A DNA stretch of 64,000 nt from a bacterium (lineage in GTDB: Bacteria > Hinthialibacterota > Hinthialibacteria > Hinthialibacterales > Hinthialibacteraceae): the NCBI GenBank assembly GCA_963662285.2, contig CAXXMV010000008.1:160001-224000 (forward strand). The letters run 5' to 3'. Below, one piece after another: positions 9,319 through 21,965 of the stretch; the first letter of the stretch is position 1, and each line of letters starts with the position of its first letter. Position numbers and translations under genes: made by a program. The notes below the pieces were generated by a model. The model worked only from the letters and a program-made list of their open reading frames with translations, was not told the origin of the DNA and searched no databases.

Positions 9319-11184
9319 TTGAACAGCGGTTATTCATACATCCAGTTTTTCCCTCATACGATACGCAACGCTGTCGTTGCTTGCGCTATCCTTATGCTTT
9401 GCGCTTTGCACGCTTCCGCTGAGATCAAGGTCGCAATAGAAGTTGAAAAACAAGTCCTCCGCGTTGGCGAACAGACTCGAATGGCGCTATCAGTGGTTAC
9501 TGATGGAGAACGCATCCAGCAAGAACCTTCCACGCCATCCTTGGACGGACTTAATTTCGTTTTCGTGAATTCCAATCAAGGTTCCCGTTTTGAATTCATT
9601 AACGGACGATCAAAAACCAGTTATGAATATACTTTTATTTACGATATTTTCGCTGTCAAAGAAGGTAAATTCACGGTAGACAATATCAGTATTTCTTCTG
9701 ATTCCGGCTCGGTAAAAGCAAAATCTTTCGAGATCACTGTTTTTCCGGGCGCCAAACCGATTCCCACCCGCGCCCCGTCTCTCACTGCGCCTCAAGGAAC
9801 CGACAGCATCAATATCTACCTCCTTTCTGATTCCAGCAAAAAAGAAGTATACCAAGGCGAGGAATTAGTCCTTTCATATGATGCGGTATACCATCAGAAA
9901 TGGCGCAGCTGGTTTGAATCGGCTATCCAAAGAAACCGCGATTACGCCATCTTTCATGAGGAACGCGGCGCCCTGAAGAATTTCTTATCCGAACCGGTCA
10001 ATCTGAAATTCACCACTGGACCAAAACCGGTTCGCATGGCTGGCAACCGCGACCTTTTCTTCCAGAAACCTCTGATCCGCTATGTTCTTTTCCCGTTAAC
10101 TCCAGGCGATTATTCCTTGAGTCCGCTGTCAGTCGAATTCAGAGTGCTGCTCAATCGCATGAACACTACGCCATTCAATGTTCAACCGGATCCATTGAAT
10201 ATAAAAGTCAAACCTCTACCCGATGAGGGTAAGCCCGATATTTTCAAAGGCGCGGTAGGTTCATTCACTATAAAAGCGCAGGCCGAACCTCTCGAATTAT
10301 CTGAAGGCGAGACGGTTACCCTGAAAATATCTTTGGATGGATTAGGCAATATAAAAAATGCTCCCAAACCTATTCTGCCCGATCTATCTAATTTCGACCA
10401 ATTCGATCCTACTCACAACGAGAGCATTGTCGTTAATGAGAATGGCATGAGAGGCAGCATCGAATATTCTCACGTTCTCATACCTCACGACCAAAACGCT
10501 GACCAGATTGATCCCGTCAAATTCGCTTATTTTGATCCCAATCAGGAAAAATATATCGTTATTCAAACAAACCCGATCACCTTGACCATTCATCCCTCCT
10601 CCAGCAAAGATGCATCCAGCGGCCGGATGGCTTTCAACCGCCGCTTGATAACCCGAGTCGGAGAAGATTTTCGTTTTATCGCCACCACTCCGGCGGCCAT
10701 TTCAAACATTGTTTTATCGATTCATAAATCATTGCGCTTCTGGCTTATTGTGCTTTTGCCGGTTCTTCTTCTTGCTTTGGCAATGGCGCTAAAATGGCAG
10801 CGCGATTATCTGACCGCCCGGCCCAACGTCGCCAAAAGCTTAAAAGCTCCCAAACTGGCCAGAAAATTACTTACCGACGCCCGGAAATCTCTGGAGCAGA
10901 ACGATTCCCAGGCGGTTTACGTATATTTAGGCAAAGCCATCACCGATTTTATCTCTAACCGCTGGAGCCTGGCCTGCGTCGGCATGACCAGCCTGGAATT
11001 AAAAGAGGCATTACAAAAAAAAGGCATCCCGGATAACCACATCATTTCCATCACGCAAATGCTGGATGAATTTGACGGCGCCCGCTTTTCCGGAGCGCTG
11101 CAAGACCAGCAGCGCATCCATGACGATTACGCCAAAACTGAAGAATTATTAAGCCAATTAATGAAAATCAAAACAACTATCTAA
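9319..11184 (+). CDS. batD: BatD family protein
   Basis: Signal peptide, KEVYQGE, LNIKVKPLP, FKGAVGSF, GLGNI, YFDP, TM helix near the C-terminus. The exact start is uncertain. Confidence 0.88.
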   Translation: MNSGYSYIQFFPHTIRNAVVACAILMLCALHASAEIKVAIEVEKQVLRVGEQTRMALSVVTDGERIQQEPSTPSLDGLNFVFVNSNQGSRFEFINGRSKTSYEYTFIYDIFAVKEGKFTVDNISISSDSGSVKAKSFEITVFPGAKPIPTRAPSLTAPQGTDSINIYLLSDSSKKEVYQGEELVLSYDAVYHQKWRSWFESAIQRNRDYAIFHEERGALKNFLSEPVNLKFTTGPKPVRMAGNRDLFFQKPLIRYVLFPLTPGDYSLSPLSVEFRVLLNRMNTTPFNVQPDPLNIKVKPLPDEGKPDIFKGAVGSFTIKAQAEPLELSEGETVTLKISLDGLGNIKNAPKPILPDLSNFDQFDPTHNESIVVNENGMRGSIEYSHVLIPHDQNADQIDPVKFAYFDPNQEKYIVIQTNPITLTIHPSSSKDASSGRMAFNRRLITRVGEDFRFIATTPAAISNIVLSIHKSLRFWLIVLLPVLLLALAMALKWQRDYLTARPNVAKSLKAPKLARKLLTDARKSLEQNDSQAVYVYLGKAITDFISNRWSLACVGMTSLELKEALQKKGIPDNHIISITQMLDEFDGARFSGALQDQQRIHDDYAKTEELLSQLMKIKTTI

Positions 11185-11196
11185 AGGAGAACGGCT

Positions 11197-12024
11197 GTGA
11201 AATCAATACTAAAAACATCATCCATAATCGCCGCTTTCCTCATTGTCACTATTAGTATTGCCTTAAGCGCAGAGCAAACAGCGGCGCCGGTTCTGACGCC
11301 CGGCTATTCACCCGAACTTGATATAAACGGCGTATTTGAACAAGCCAACGAATTTTACCGTAACGGCGACCTGACCAAGGCCTTGGCGGGCTACCAATAT
11401 CTTACGGCGCTAGGAATAAAAAACGGCTATCTATTTTATAATCTGGGCAACTCCTATTTCCGTGAAGGCAACCTGGGATCAGCAATATTGTGGTACGAAA
11501 GAGCGCTGCGATACCTTCCCCGCTTCCATGATCTTAACATTAACTATCAATATGCCCGTAATATATTAGCTGACGAGGAATTCCAGGCGCCCGAATACAG
11601 CGGGACGCTAGGCTTTTTAATCAATATCCATCAACAATTCAATCTCCGTGAATGTCTTTTAATCACCGGCATTTTATTATGGATATTCCTTGCTATAATG
11701 ATTATTCGCATGTTTCTAAACAACCAATCCTTCCGCTCACGGCTTTCCATCCCTTGTTGGGTAGTAGGGTTTGCGTTTATAATTTTCTTTTCATCCTCCG
11801 TTTTTAAAGTATATCAACATGAATCAATCAGACAGGCCATTGTCATGGCTCCTGCGGTTGAAGTAAAAACGGGTCCGGGAAATGATTTTTCCACATCTTT
11901 CTCTCTTCACGAAGGAACCAAAGTCAAGTTGCTTCAAGATCAGGGAGATTGGGTGCGGGTTATCTTACCCGGCAATACAACCTTCACTGGTTGGATGCTG
12001 AGATCCACGGTTGAGACAATCTGA
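11197..12024 (+). CDS. batE: BatE family TPR/SH3 protein
   Basis: FYNLGNSYF, AILWYERA, two TM helices, C-terminal SH3-like LHEGTKV...W...GW. RBS AAGGAG. Confidence 0.88.
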   Translation: MKSILKTSSIIAAFLIVTISIALSAEQTAAPVLTPGYSPELDINGVFEQANEFYRNGDLTKALAGYQYLTALGIKNGYLFYNLGNSYFREGNLGSAILWYERALRYLPRFHDLNINYQYARNILADEEFQAPEYSGTLGFLINIHQQFNLRECLLITGILLWIFLAIMIIRMFLNNQSFRSRLSIPCWVVGFAFIIFFSSSVFKVYQHESIRQAIVMAPAVEVKTGPGNDFSTSFSLHEGTKVKLLQDQGDWVRVILPGNTTFTGWMLRSTVETI

Positions 12025-12120
12025 TATTTTTCAGATAAGTATTTAGTTTAATATTACTTATTAATAGAAATCATCCCTATTTAGGGAATAAAATATTTCC
12101 ACATTAGATTCAGATATTGA

Positions 12121-15166
<3,046 letters not shown>

Positions 15167-15290
15167 ATATCATTTATTCCTTAACTTTGGATTAATTTGT
15201 AGTGTCATAAGTAAACTCTAAAGGTAAGACCGTAATACGGTCAGTTCTCGGCGCCCGACTGGAGGTATATGGCATTATCTGATTATTCTA

Positions 15291-15345
15291 TTGACAAAGG
15301 AGTACACATCATTGACAATTCTGTAATGCTGAATACAGCATTACA
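15291..15345 (+). promoter_or_regulatory. Candidate sigma70 promoter with downstream palindromic operator
   Basis: TTGACA (15291), 17 nt, GACAAT, then the perfect inverted repeat TGTAATGCTG-AATA-CAGCATTACA (15322-15345). Confidence 0.45.
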
Positions 15346-15368
15346 CTAAAGCAATGGGGAGAAATACA

Positions 15369-16154
15369 ATGAAAAAAATTTGTATTTTATTTGTTCTAGT
15401 CAGTTTTGCGGTTTTTTTTAATGGATTTACTGCATTTGGTGAATTGATTTTCGAAGACGATTTTATGGGTGAGAATGTTAGTGGGATTGATCCATTGAAT
15501 TGGCAGTGGTGGCTTAATTCTGATATTATTTTTGTCAGTGAAGCGGATGACGTCCCCGAATATGGACCTGGCGTCCTTACTATAGGAAATGGAACCGCAC
15601 ATATCGGTCTGGAAAATGAAGCAACCAAAAATCTTGTGGATTACCGCGTCACGGTCCTTTGGGTAGACAGATTAATCGACGGCGAAACGGATGATGCTGA
15701 TTTTCATATTGGCATTCGTTGCGCTGAATACGATGCGGAAACACAATTCCCTGAAAGTTGTTATGAAATAGAAGTGGATGGCGATGATAACGACTCGGCT
15801 AATGTAGTCCCGGAAGACGGGCCTACGTCATTCCACCTGTTTATTCGTGGAGGGGCCGCTGCGGTTGATAATAATGGAAATGCGTTAGCTCATGCGACCA
15901 GGGATATAGTGCCAAGACCGATTGCCAATGTCTGGTATTGGACATCCATCCAGATTCAAGGATTCGTCTTTCAAGGCAAGCAATGGAGATATAGCGCAGA
16001 GGAGCCGGATTGGCAATTGGAAGGTGAAGATTTAGACAAACAATTCCCCTCTGGCGGCATACGGGTAGGAGTATGGTCGGGAATGGCTGAAATTGCGTAT
16101 GTCAGAGTAGAAACAATTGAGCCTACCAGCGTTTCAGACTGGTCTTTGTATTAG
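15369..16154 (+). CDS. Secreted acidic beta-rich protein with C-terminal TSVSDWSLY motif
   Basis: RBS GGGGAG, signal peptide MKKICILF..TAFG, IFEDDF start of the mature part, SGGIRVGVW near the end (ConA-like fold inferred). Confidence 0.8.
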   Translation: MKKICILFVLVSFAVFFNGFTAFGELIFEDDFMGENVSGIDPLNWQWWLNSDIIFVSEADDVPEYGPGVLTIGNGTAHIGLENEATKNLVDYRVTVLWVDRLIDGETDDADFHIGIRCAEYDAETQFPESCYEIEVDGDDNDSANVVPEDGPTSFHLFIRGGAAAVDNNGNALAHATRDIVPRPIANVWYWTSIQIQGFVFQGKQWRYSAEEPDWQLEGEDLDKQFPSGGIRVGVWSGMAEIAYVRVETIEPTSVSDWSLY

Positions 16155-16182
16155 AACATTAGATTTATTCAGTATTTGAGCC

Positions 16183-16223
16183 AAAAAGGATGAGACAAAG
16201 CAAATGTTTGTCTCATCCTTTTT
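16183..16223. terminator. Bidirectional intrinsic terminator
   Basis: AAAAAGGATGAGACAAA-N7-TTTGTCTCATCCTTTTT between convergent genes. Confidence 0.8.
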
Positions 16224-16319
16224 CTATTCGCGTCATTATATCAAACAACCTTGATCCATTATAAAAACAATGTGCATCAATGCGCTTTCAATACACATAT
16301 ACTTTTGCTAACCGCTCTA

Positions 16320-17603
16320 TTAGTCTTTTTTTGATGCGTTCTGTTTTAAGATTGATAAAATCCGGTTGGCCAGCGGTTCTTGAGGATTGATCTTTAGCGC
16401 TGCTTTTAAATGTTTATGCGCTTCATTTACGTTATTTGATTCAAGATAGCATTGCGTCAAAAGAGAATGAATTACAGCTTTGTTCTCATGAAATTCCAGG
16501 CACTGTTTTAAGTATGTAATAGCTGTTTGAAAATCTCCACTGGACATATAAATTTGCGCTAGATAAAACTGCGCTTCGGGATGTGTTTGTTCCAACTCCA
16601 AAGTTCTTTTCATTTCCTCCGCCGCCAAATCACCTCTGCCAATTTCTAAATAGATTAATCCCATCTCGAAATGGGTTTCCGCCGTGTCCGGGTGATGACG
16701 CAGGTAACTGCGGTAAAAGTTGCGTTTAGCTTTCCCCATACGGTTGATAGTATCTAAACTTTGTTTCGCCAGTTTGACTTTATTACGTTCACGCTTAATG
16801 GAGTAGATCTTCACTAATTGAAATAATGCATGCTGATAAAACGGATCATCATCAATAATTTTTTCAAACAATTCTTGCGCATCATCAGTTTTGCGTTGTT
16901 TTATTAATAATTTGCCATACTCATAACGCGCCCGAATGTTTTTGGGATATTTCTCAAGGATTCTTTCATATAACGCAGTGGGCGTCTCTCCTTGCTGATG
17001 TTTGATTAGGGCTTGCAAAACCAAAGAATGTTCATGAGTTGTATTCTTAATTAAATTTGACGCTTGAGCGACATGGCCTTGGGTATGCAGGATAACAGCT
17101 TTGCGGTAGATGGCATCTATATTATCCGGTTCAATTTGTAATATAGTTTCCAGATGTTTTAGTGCAGGTGGATAGCGCTCTAAACGGTGATAGACGTTTA
17201 CTAATTCTTCCAGATATTCAATTGAATCCGGCGCAAGTTTTACTGCTTGGTTTAAGTTCGCAAGAGAACGTTCCGGATCGGATTTCTGACTTCCAAGTAT
17301 TTTACCTAAAAGGTAATATGCTTGATGCGCTGTAGGATTCAGTTGGATTATGTGATCCAGGATGCTGATAGATTGTGGATAATACCTATGTATATAATAA
17401 AACTGCGTCAACGCCATCAGGTGCACAATATTTTCCGGTTCATTTTTAATGGACTGAATAAGAATAGTTTCTTGTTTTTGTAATGCAGAATTTTCTATCG
17501 CAGGTTTAATATCAAAACTAAGGTCAGCGCACCATATTTCCAGTACAGTGCATGTAATGGTTAATAACAAAATGTGAGCAATGTAAATTAATTTCATTTT
17601 CAT
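16320..17603 (-). CDS. Tetratricopeptide repeat protein
   Basis: N-terminal hydrophobic signal and multiple TPRs (AYYLLGKI, ARYEYGKL, THFEMGLIY, AQFYLAQIY). ATGA overlap with the upstream gene. Confidence 0.88.
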   Translation of the reverse strand: MKMKLIYIAHILLLTITCTVLEIWCADLSFDIKPAIENSALQKQETILIQSIKNEPENIVHLMALTQFYYIHRYYPQSISILDHIIQLNPTAHQAYYLLGKILGSQKSDPERSLANLNQAVKLAPDSIEYLEELVNVYHRLERYPPALKHLETILQIEPDNIDAIYRKAVILHTQGHVAQASNLIKNTTHEHSLVLQALIKHQQGETPTALYERILEKYPKNIRARYEYGKLLIKQRKTDDAQELFEKIIDDDPFYQHALFQLVKIYSIKRERNKVKLAKQSLDTINRMGKAKRNFYRSYLRHHPDTAETHFEMGLIYLEIGRGDLAAEEMKRTLELEQTHPEAQFYLAQIYMSSGDFQTAITYLKQCLEFHENKAVIHSLLTQCYLESNNVNEAHKHLKAALKINPQEPLANRILSILKQNASKKD

Positions 17604-19249
17604 TCTTCTGTTATTGTGAGCCTTTGATTGGCTTTGACATTATGCAAGACGTTTTTTTTGCCGGATGTCCATTCTATTACAATTTCATCTACCGTATCTA
17701 ATTTTCCTAATCCTATATGAACATCAAAACTGCTTTGTGAAAGAAAACTGCAACCACTCTTTACGCCTTTCATAACTTTCAAATTCCCGTTTGTGCATTT
17801 GACAACAGTTCCAATAGCTGAACGATTGGAAGTAGTACCTCGCAATTGCAGGTGCAGCCAGTTGTTTTGATTGGCGCCGTCATTGCGCAAAATGGCGGCT
17901 TTCCCGTTCAGGGTATTTAGAACAATATCCAAATCTCCATCTTGGTCGATATCTCCTATAGCGCTGCCGCGCCCGACGCGTGGTAAATTAAAATCTTTAC
18001 CAAGGCTCTTCACTAAAGTGAATTTTCCGTTGTTGTTGACATACATTTGAGGAGATTGCGCGAAGGTTGTATCCAAATCAGGATGATCGGCTTCAGGATA
18101 AACATGCCCGTTGCAAAAAAACAAATCATCATCGCCATCATTATCAAAGTCTATCCAATGGGTTCCCCAACCTAGTGAAGTATATGTTGTATGACCAACT
18201 CCACTGGTGTAGGTTTCATTATCAAACATACCGTCTCCGACTCCATACAATACGGAAAAAGGTTCTTCAGAAAAATTTGTGACAGCTAAATCCCATTGGA
18301 AATCCCCGTTTGCATCACCATAATCGGCGCCCATAGAAGCCATTTCAGTACCGTCTTCGCTATAGGAAATACCGGCAATCAGTCCTGTTTCTTCAAATGT
18401 TCCATCACCATTATTGATATAGAGATAGCTGGGCATTGAATCATTGGACACATAAAGATCAGGGTAACGGTCATTGTTAATATCCGTCCATAAGCAAGTA
18501 AAACTATAAGCAGCAGGCGCATTCATTAAACCGGATGTTTGGGTAACGTTTTCGAATGTTCCATCCCTATTGTTATGGAACAAAGACATGCCTTGCGCCT
18601 TATATGCTCTTGGTCCGGGATATACATTAAATCCACGCCATTCAGCCGATTTTTCCGGTTCTCCAGGTTTTCGTTGAATCGACTCTAAATCCAGATAATC
18701 CGCCACCACCAAATCAACCCAGCCGTCCAAATCGTAATCTCCAAAGGCGACGCCCGTGCTTAATAAATTTGATTGACATCCCGCATCCTCTGTTATATCA
18801 GTGAATGTTCCATCGCCGTTGTTGCGGTAAAATTTGTTGGGGCCATAGTTTGTAACATAAAAATCCACATCGCCGTCATTATCATAATCAGCGGCAGCAC
18901 ATCCCATTCCCCAGCCGTTATCTCCAACGCCAGCGTCTTGAGTTATATCAGCAAAAGTGCCGTCATGGTTGTTGCGATATAGTTGATTGATCGCTTGAGG
19001 CTTGTTTTCAAAATGATTGCCATTCACGAAATAGATATCCAGCCAGCCGTCTCCATCAGCATCAAACAATGCCACGCTACCACCTTTGGCTTCGATGATG
19101 CATTTTTTATCGGTTGGATGCCCGCTGGAGTGAACAAAGTTGATTCCAGCGGATTGGGTAATATCCTTGAAAGTAACAGGAGCGGATGTCATCTGTATGC
19201 AAAGTAGAATATGGATCATTAGAATAACTATTAAAAATTGTTTAGTCAT
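17600..19249 (-). CDS. CRTAC1/ASPIC-UnbV family FG-GAP repeat protein
   Basis: Repeated DxDxDGxxD motifs, LYRNNHDGTF, SNRSAIG, SFLSQS, HIGLG, IEWTSG. Probable start is ATG 19249. Confidence 0.92.
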   Translation of the reverse strand: MTKQFLIVILMIHILLCIQMTSAPVTFKDITQSAGINFVHSSGHPTDKKCIIEAKGGSVALFDADGDGWLDIYFVNGNHFENKPQAINQLYRNNHDGTFADITQDAGVGDNGWGMGCAAADYDNDGDVDFYVTNYGPNKFYRNNGDGTFTDITEDAGCQSNLLSTGVAFGDYDLDGWVDLVVADYLDLESIQRKPGEPEKSAEWRGFNVYPGPRAYKAQGMSLFHNNRDGTFENVTQTSGLMNAPAAYSFTCLWTDINNDRYPDLYVSNDSMPSYLYINNGDGTFEETGLIAGISYSEDGTEMASMGADYGDANGDFQWDLAVTNFSEEPFSVLYGVGDGMFDNETYTSGVGHTTYTSLGWGTHWIDFDNDGDDDLFFCNGHVYPEADHPDLDTTFAQSPQMYVNNNGKFTLVKSLGKDFNLPRVGRGSAIGDIDQDGDLDIVLNTLNGKAAILRNDGANQNNWLHLQLRGTTSNRSAIGTVVKCTNGNLKVMKGVKSGCSFLSQSSFDVHIGLGKLDTVDEIVIEWTSGKKNVLHNVKANQRLTITEE

Positions 19250-19323
19250 AATAAATAGAAAAGTAAGCAACAGTTCAGCCACATGAAGTTATAAAATAAT
19301 AATTATGCTTTATACAAAGCGTT

Positions 19324-19452
19324 TAGGCTCTGATTCTCCCCCCAAGTTTGGGGGGAGTTAGGTGGGGGTTACGCTTCGACTAATCAACCCCCACCTAACC
19401 TCCCCCAGGCTTGGGGGAGGGATACGCGCTTCAATGGGCTAACCTATTACAA
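19324..19452. repeat. Composite palindromic element (family A, inward pair)
   Basis: Homologous to 3710-3828. The inner arms GTTAGGTGGGGGTT / AACCCCCACCTAAC pair perfectly over 14 bp. Confidence 0.85.
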
Positions 19453-19455
19453 AAT

Positions 19456-19483
19456 TAATAGGGGTGTAAAAACACCCCTATTA
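19456..19483 (-). terminator. Hairpin/terminator downstream of the CBM9-like gene
   Basis: TAATAGGGGTGT-AAAA-ACACCCCTATTA, a perfect 12-bp stem. Confidence 0.6.
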
Positions 19484-19533
19484 TGAATTGGATATCATCA
19501 ATGATATAGGGTAATCTGTCTTCATAAATCAAA

Positions 19534-20514
19534 CTAAAACAACGCCCATTCGCCTACATTTGTTCCACCGCCTAATGGATTATCGCTGGTAAAACGCATT
19601 TCACGGAAGAACTCAACACTCGATTCATTAGCTTGATGCCATCTTTGAAGATGGAATTGTTCTTCATCCCAATCAACCCAGTTGATATTGAAACCAATTG
19701 GTTCATCTGGTTCGAATGAAGGAAATACACCCCATGGGAGCATAATTTCCTGTACATAAGACGAATGTTGATCCCATGGTTTATCATCTAATTTTACTGC
19801 GCGTTGAATTTGCTCCAGAATAGCGATTTCATCACTATCTTCCGTATCTAATGCAGAGCGGAAAATAGCATAATCAAGCGGTAAACCATTCGCCATTATG
19901 TTTGGAAGATCAAATTCTTCTTTGATAAGCGCTTCATCAATGCTAAAAGCAGTTTGCAAGTCAAATTCTGAGCTTGTATCATCATTGATATTGACTGGTT
20001 CACGGTTATTATCGTTGTCAAACCACATTTCAATACCATCATTGGTAAAACCGGGTTGGTTGGCAGTATCCCGCTCCGGGTAGCTGCTTTCAAACCAACC
20101 AATCTGGCTGTCGGTTACAACATTCAACAGATAAAACCCTTCATCATTCCAACCGATATAAGTAATCGCAGAAAAATCATCTTCACCATCCGCTTCAAAG
20201 TTTGCTTCATTGCTTACTAACACTTTGGCTGGATCAAATTCAAAATGGTCGCCTGTTGTCAGTGCATCTGGATCATAAGCATTATCAGTTGCCTCATTTC
20301 CAAAGCCTTGACCTTCAGGTACATCAAGCATAACAGCAGGATCGCCAAATGCTTCCAAGGGCCAATCCGATGGATCACCGTCAATTGTGATGCTGATGTT
20401 AGCGCCAAATTTACGGCAATTGATAAAACGGTCTTGCGCAAAAACCATTTGAGTAAATAAAGAAACAGCCATGATTCCCGTTACAAAAATGACTAAACGT
20501 TTCGATCTACTCAT
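19534..20514 (-). CDS. Secreted CBM9/DOMON-like sugar-binding protein with C-terminal TNVGEWALF motif
   Basis: Signal peptide ..VFA/QD, ITIDGDPSDW, IGWNDEGFYL, DGIEMWFD, EIMLPW, IGFNINWVD. RBS AGGAGG. Confidence 0.8.
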   Translation of the reverse strand: MSRSKRLVIFVTGIMAVSLFTQMVFAQDRFINCRKFGANISITIDGDPSDWPLEAFGDPAVMLDVPEGQGFGNEATDNAYDPDALTTGDHFEFDPAKVLVSNEANFEADGEDDFSAITYIGWNDEGFYLLNVVTDSQIGWFESSYPERDTANQPGFTNDGIEMWFDNDNNREPVNINDDTSSEFDLQTAFSIDEALIKEEFDLPNIMANGLPLDYAIFRSALDTEDSDEIAILEQIQRAVKLDDKPWDQHSSYVQEIMLPWGVFPSFEPDEPIGFNINWVDWDEEQFHLQRWHQANESSVEFFREMRFTSDNPLGGGTNVGEWALF

Positions 20515-20858
20515 ATAACCCCTCCTTTTTTATAAAAATGTATTATTAAACTTAATTACACTAACATAAAATTATTGTACATGTCAACCTTTATTTTATT
20601 CTTTCGATAGACCGCTTTAACAGATGCAAATGCTTAAATTCTCCTGATTCATTTGCCTATTAAGGGTTGACTATATTTCGGTCAAACGTTGATTCTACAA
20701 CTTACTGTTTGAAGTATCCCTCAAGCGCTTGATTCTATTCGTAACCCGTTCAAACCTTTGATTCACATACGACTTGCCCTAAAATGTGGAACTTGCAATA
20801 TAATTGTTAAAATATTAATTCTTGTAATGATCCACTATTTTCTTAAGGAGAACGGGTA

Positions 20859-21845
20859 ATGAAACGATTCGGAATCATATCAACGTTATTTTGTGGTTTA
20901 ATCGCAATAAGTCTCATGTTTTCAATGGGATGCGCAAAAAAAGAAGCGAGTGGAAAACTTAGAATTGCTGTTATCCCTAAAGGAACAGCTCATATCTTCT
21001 GGCAAAGCGTCCATGCCGGAGCGGTTACTGCTGGAAAAGAATTCGGCGTAGAAATAAAATGGCAGGGTCCAGCCACTGAGACCATGAAAGAAGCCCAAAT
21101 TTCCATCGTTAACGATTTTATCGTCAAGCAAGTAGATGGCATTGTCCTGGCGCCCCAGGATCAGGAAGCGCTGGTCGGCGCGGTGGAAGACGCCTTCGAA
21201 GCCAAGATTCCTCTGGCCATATTCGACTCAGGCATCAACACTGACAAATACGTCAGTTTCGCAGCTACCGACAACTATAAAGGCGGCGTGGCCGCTGCTA
21301 ACGAGATGGCTCGTCTATTAGATAACAAGGGCACCTGCATCATCACCAAAGTCGATCCCGGCAGCGATTCAACCCTGCAACGCGAAAAAGGATTCGAAGA
21401 TACTCTGGCTGAAAAATACCCTGATATAAAAGTTATTGACGCTCAGTTCGGCTACAGCGACCGTGAAAAATCACGCGCCGTTACTGAAGATATGCTGATC
21501 AAACATCCTGAGGTCGATGCAATATTCGGTCCCAACGAATCAAGCACCTCCGGCGCTCTGCTAGCCCTGCAAGCCATTGATCTGGCGGGTAAGAAAATCT
21601 TCGTCGGCTTCGATTCATCCGACGCCCTGATCCAGGCCATGAAGAAAAATGAGATCAACGCTTTGATCCTGCAAAATCCTTTCAAGATGGGTTATGAAGG
21701 CGTTAAAGCGGTAGTGCGTCACATTAAAGGCGAAAAAGTTGAAAAACGCATCGATACAGGCGTTTATTTGATCACCCCGGAAAATATGGATGAACCTGAT
21801 AACAAACTGTTGCTTTCACCTGATTTATCAGTTCTAGGTGAATAG
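20859..21845 (+). CDS. Sugar ABC transporter substrate-binding lipoprotein (RbsB-like)
   Basis: Lipobox SMGC, IAVIPKGTAHIFW, VDGIVLAP, TDNYKGG, VGFD, QNPFKMGY. Confidence 0.92.
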   Translation: MKRFGIISTLFCGLIAISLMFSMGCAKKEASGKLRIAVIPKGTAHIFWQSVHAGAVTAGKEFGVEIKWQGPATETMKEAQISIVNDFIVKQVDGIVLAPQDQEALVGAVEDAFEAKIPLAIFDSGINTDKYVSFAATDNYKGGVAAANEMARLLDNKGTCIITKVDPGSDSTLQREKGFEDTLAEKYPDIKVIDAQFGYSDREKSRAVTEDMLIKHPEVDAIFGPNESSTSGALLALQAIDLAGKKIFVGFDSSDALIQAMKKNEINALILQNPFKMGYEGVKAVVRHIKGEKVEKRIDTGVYLITPENMDEPDNKLLLSPDLSVLGE

Positions 21846-21868
21846 TAATAATTAGGTCGCATTCGCGA

Positions 21869-21904
21869 TTTGGTTGAAGCCAGAACAGATTGGCTTCAAC
21901 CAAA
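21869..21904 (+). other. Intercistronic stem-loop after the binding-protein gene
   Basis: TTTGGTTGAAGCCA-N8-TGGCTTCAACCAAA, a perfect 14-bp stem. An mRNA-stabilising role is inferred from its position. Confidence 0.55.
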
Positions 21905-21965
21905 ACCAAAGATGATAAAAACTCACAAATTTTTGACAATCGCTCTAGAGGAAGGTTAATTATCC

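Noticed and set aside
15224-15265. Two small hairpins (GACCGTAATACGGTC and CAGT..GACTG) as a riboswitch
   Set aside because: They match no riboswitch consensus I can recognise; an Rfam scan would be needed.
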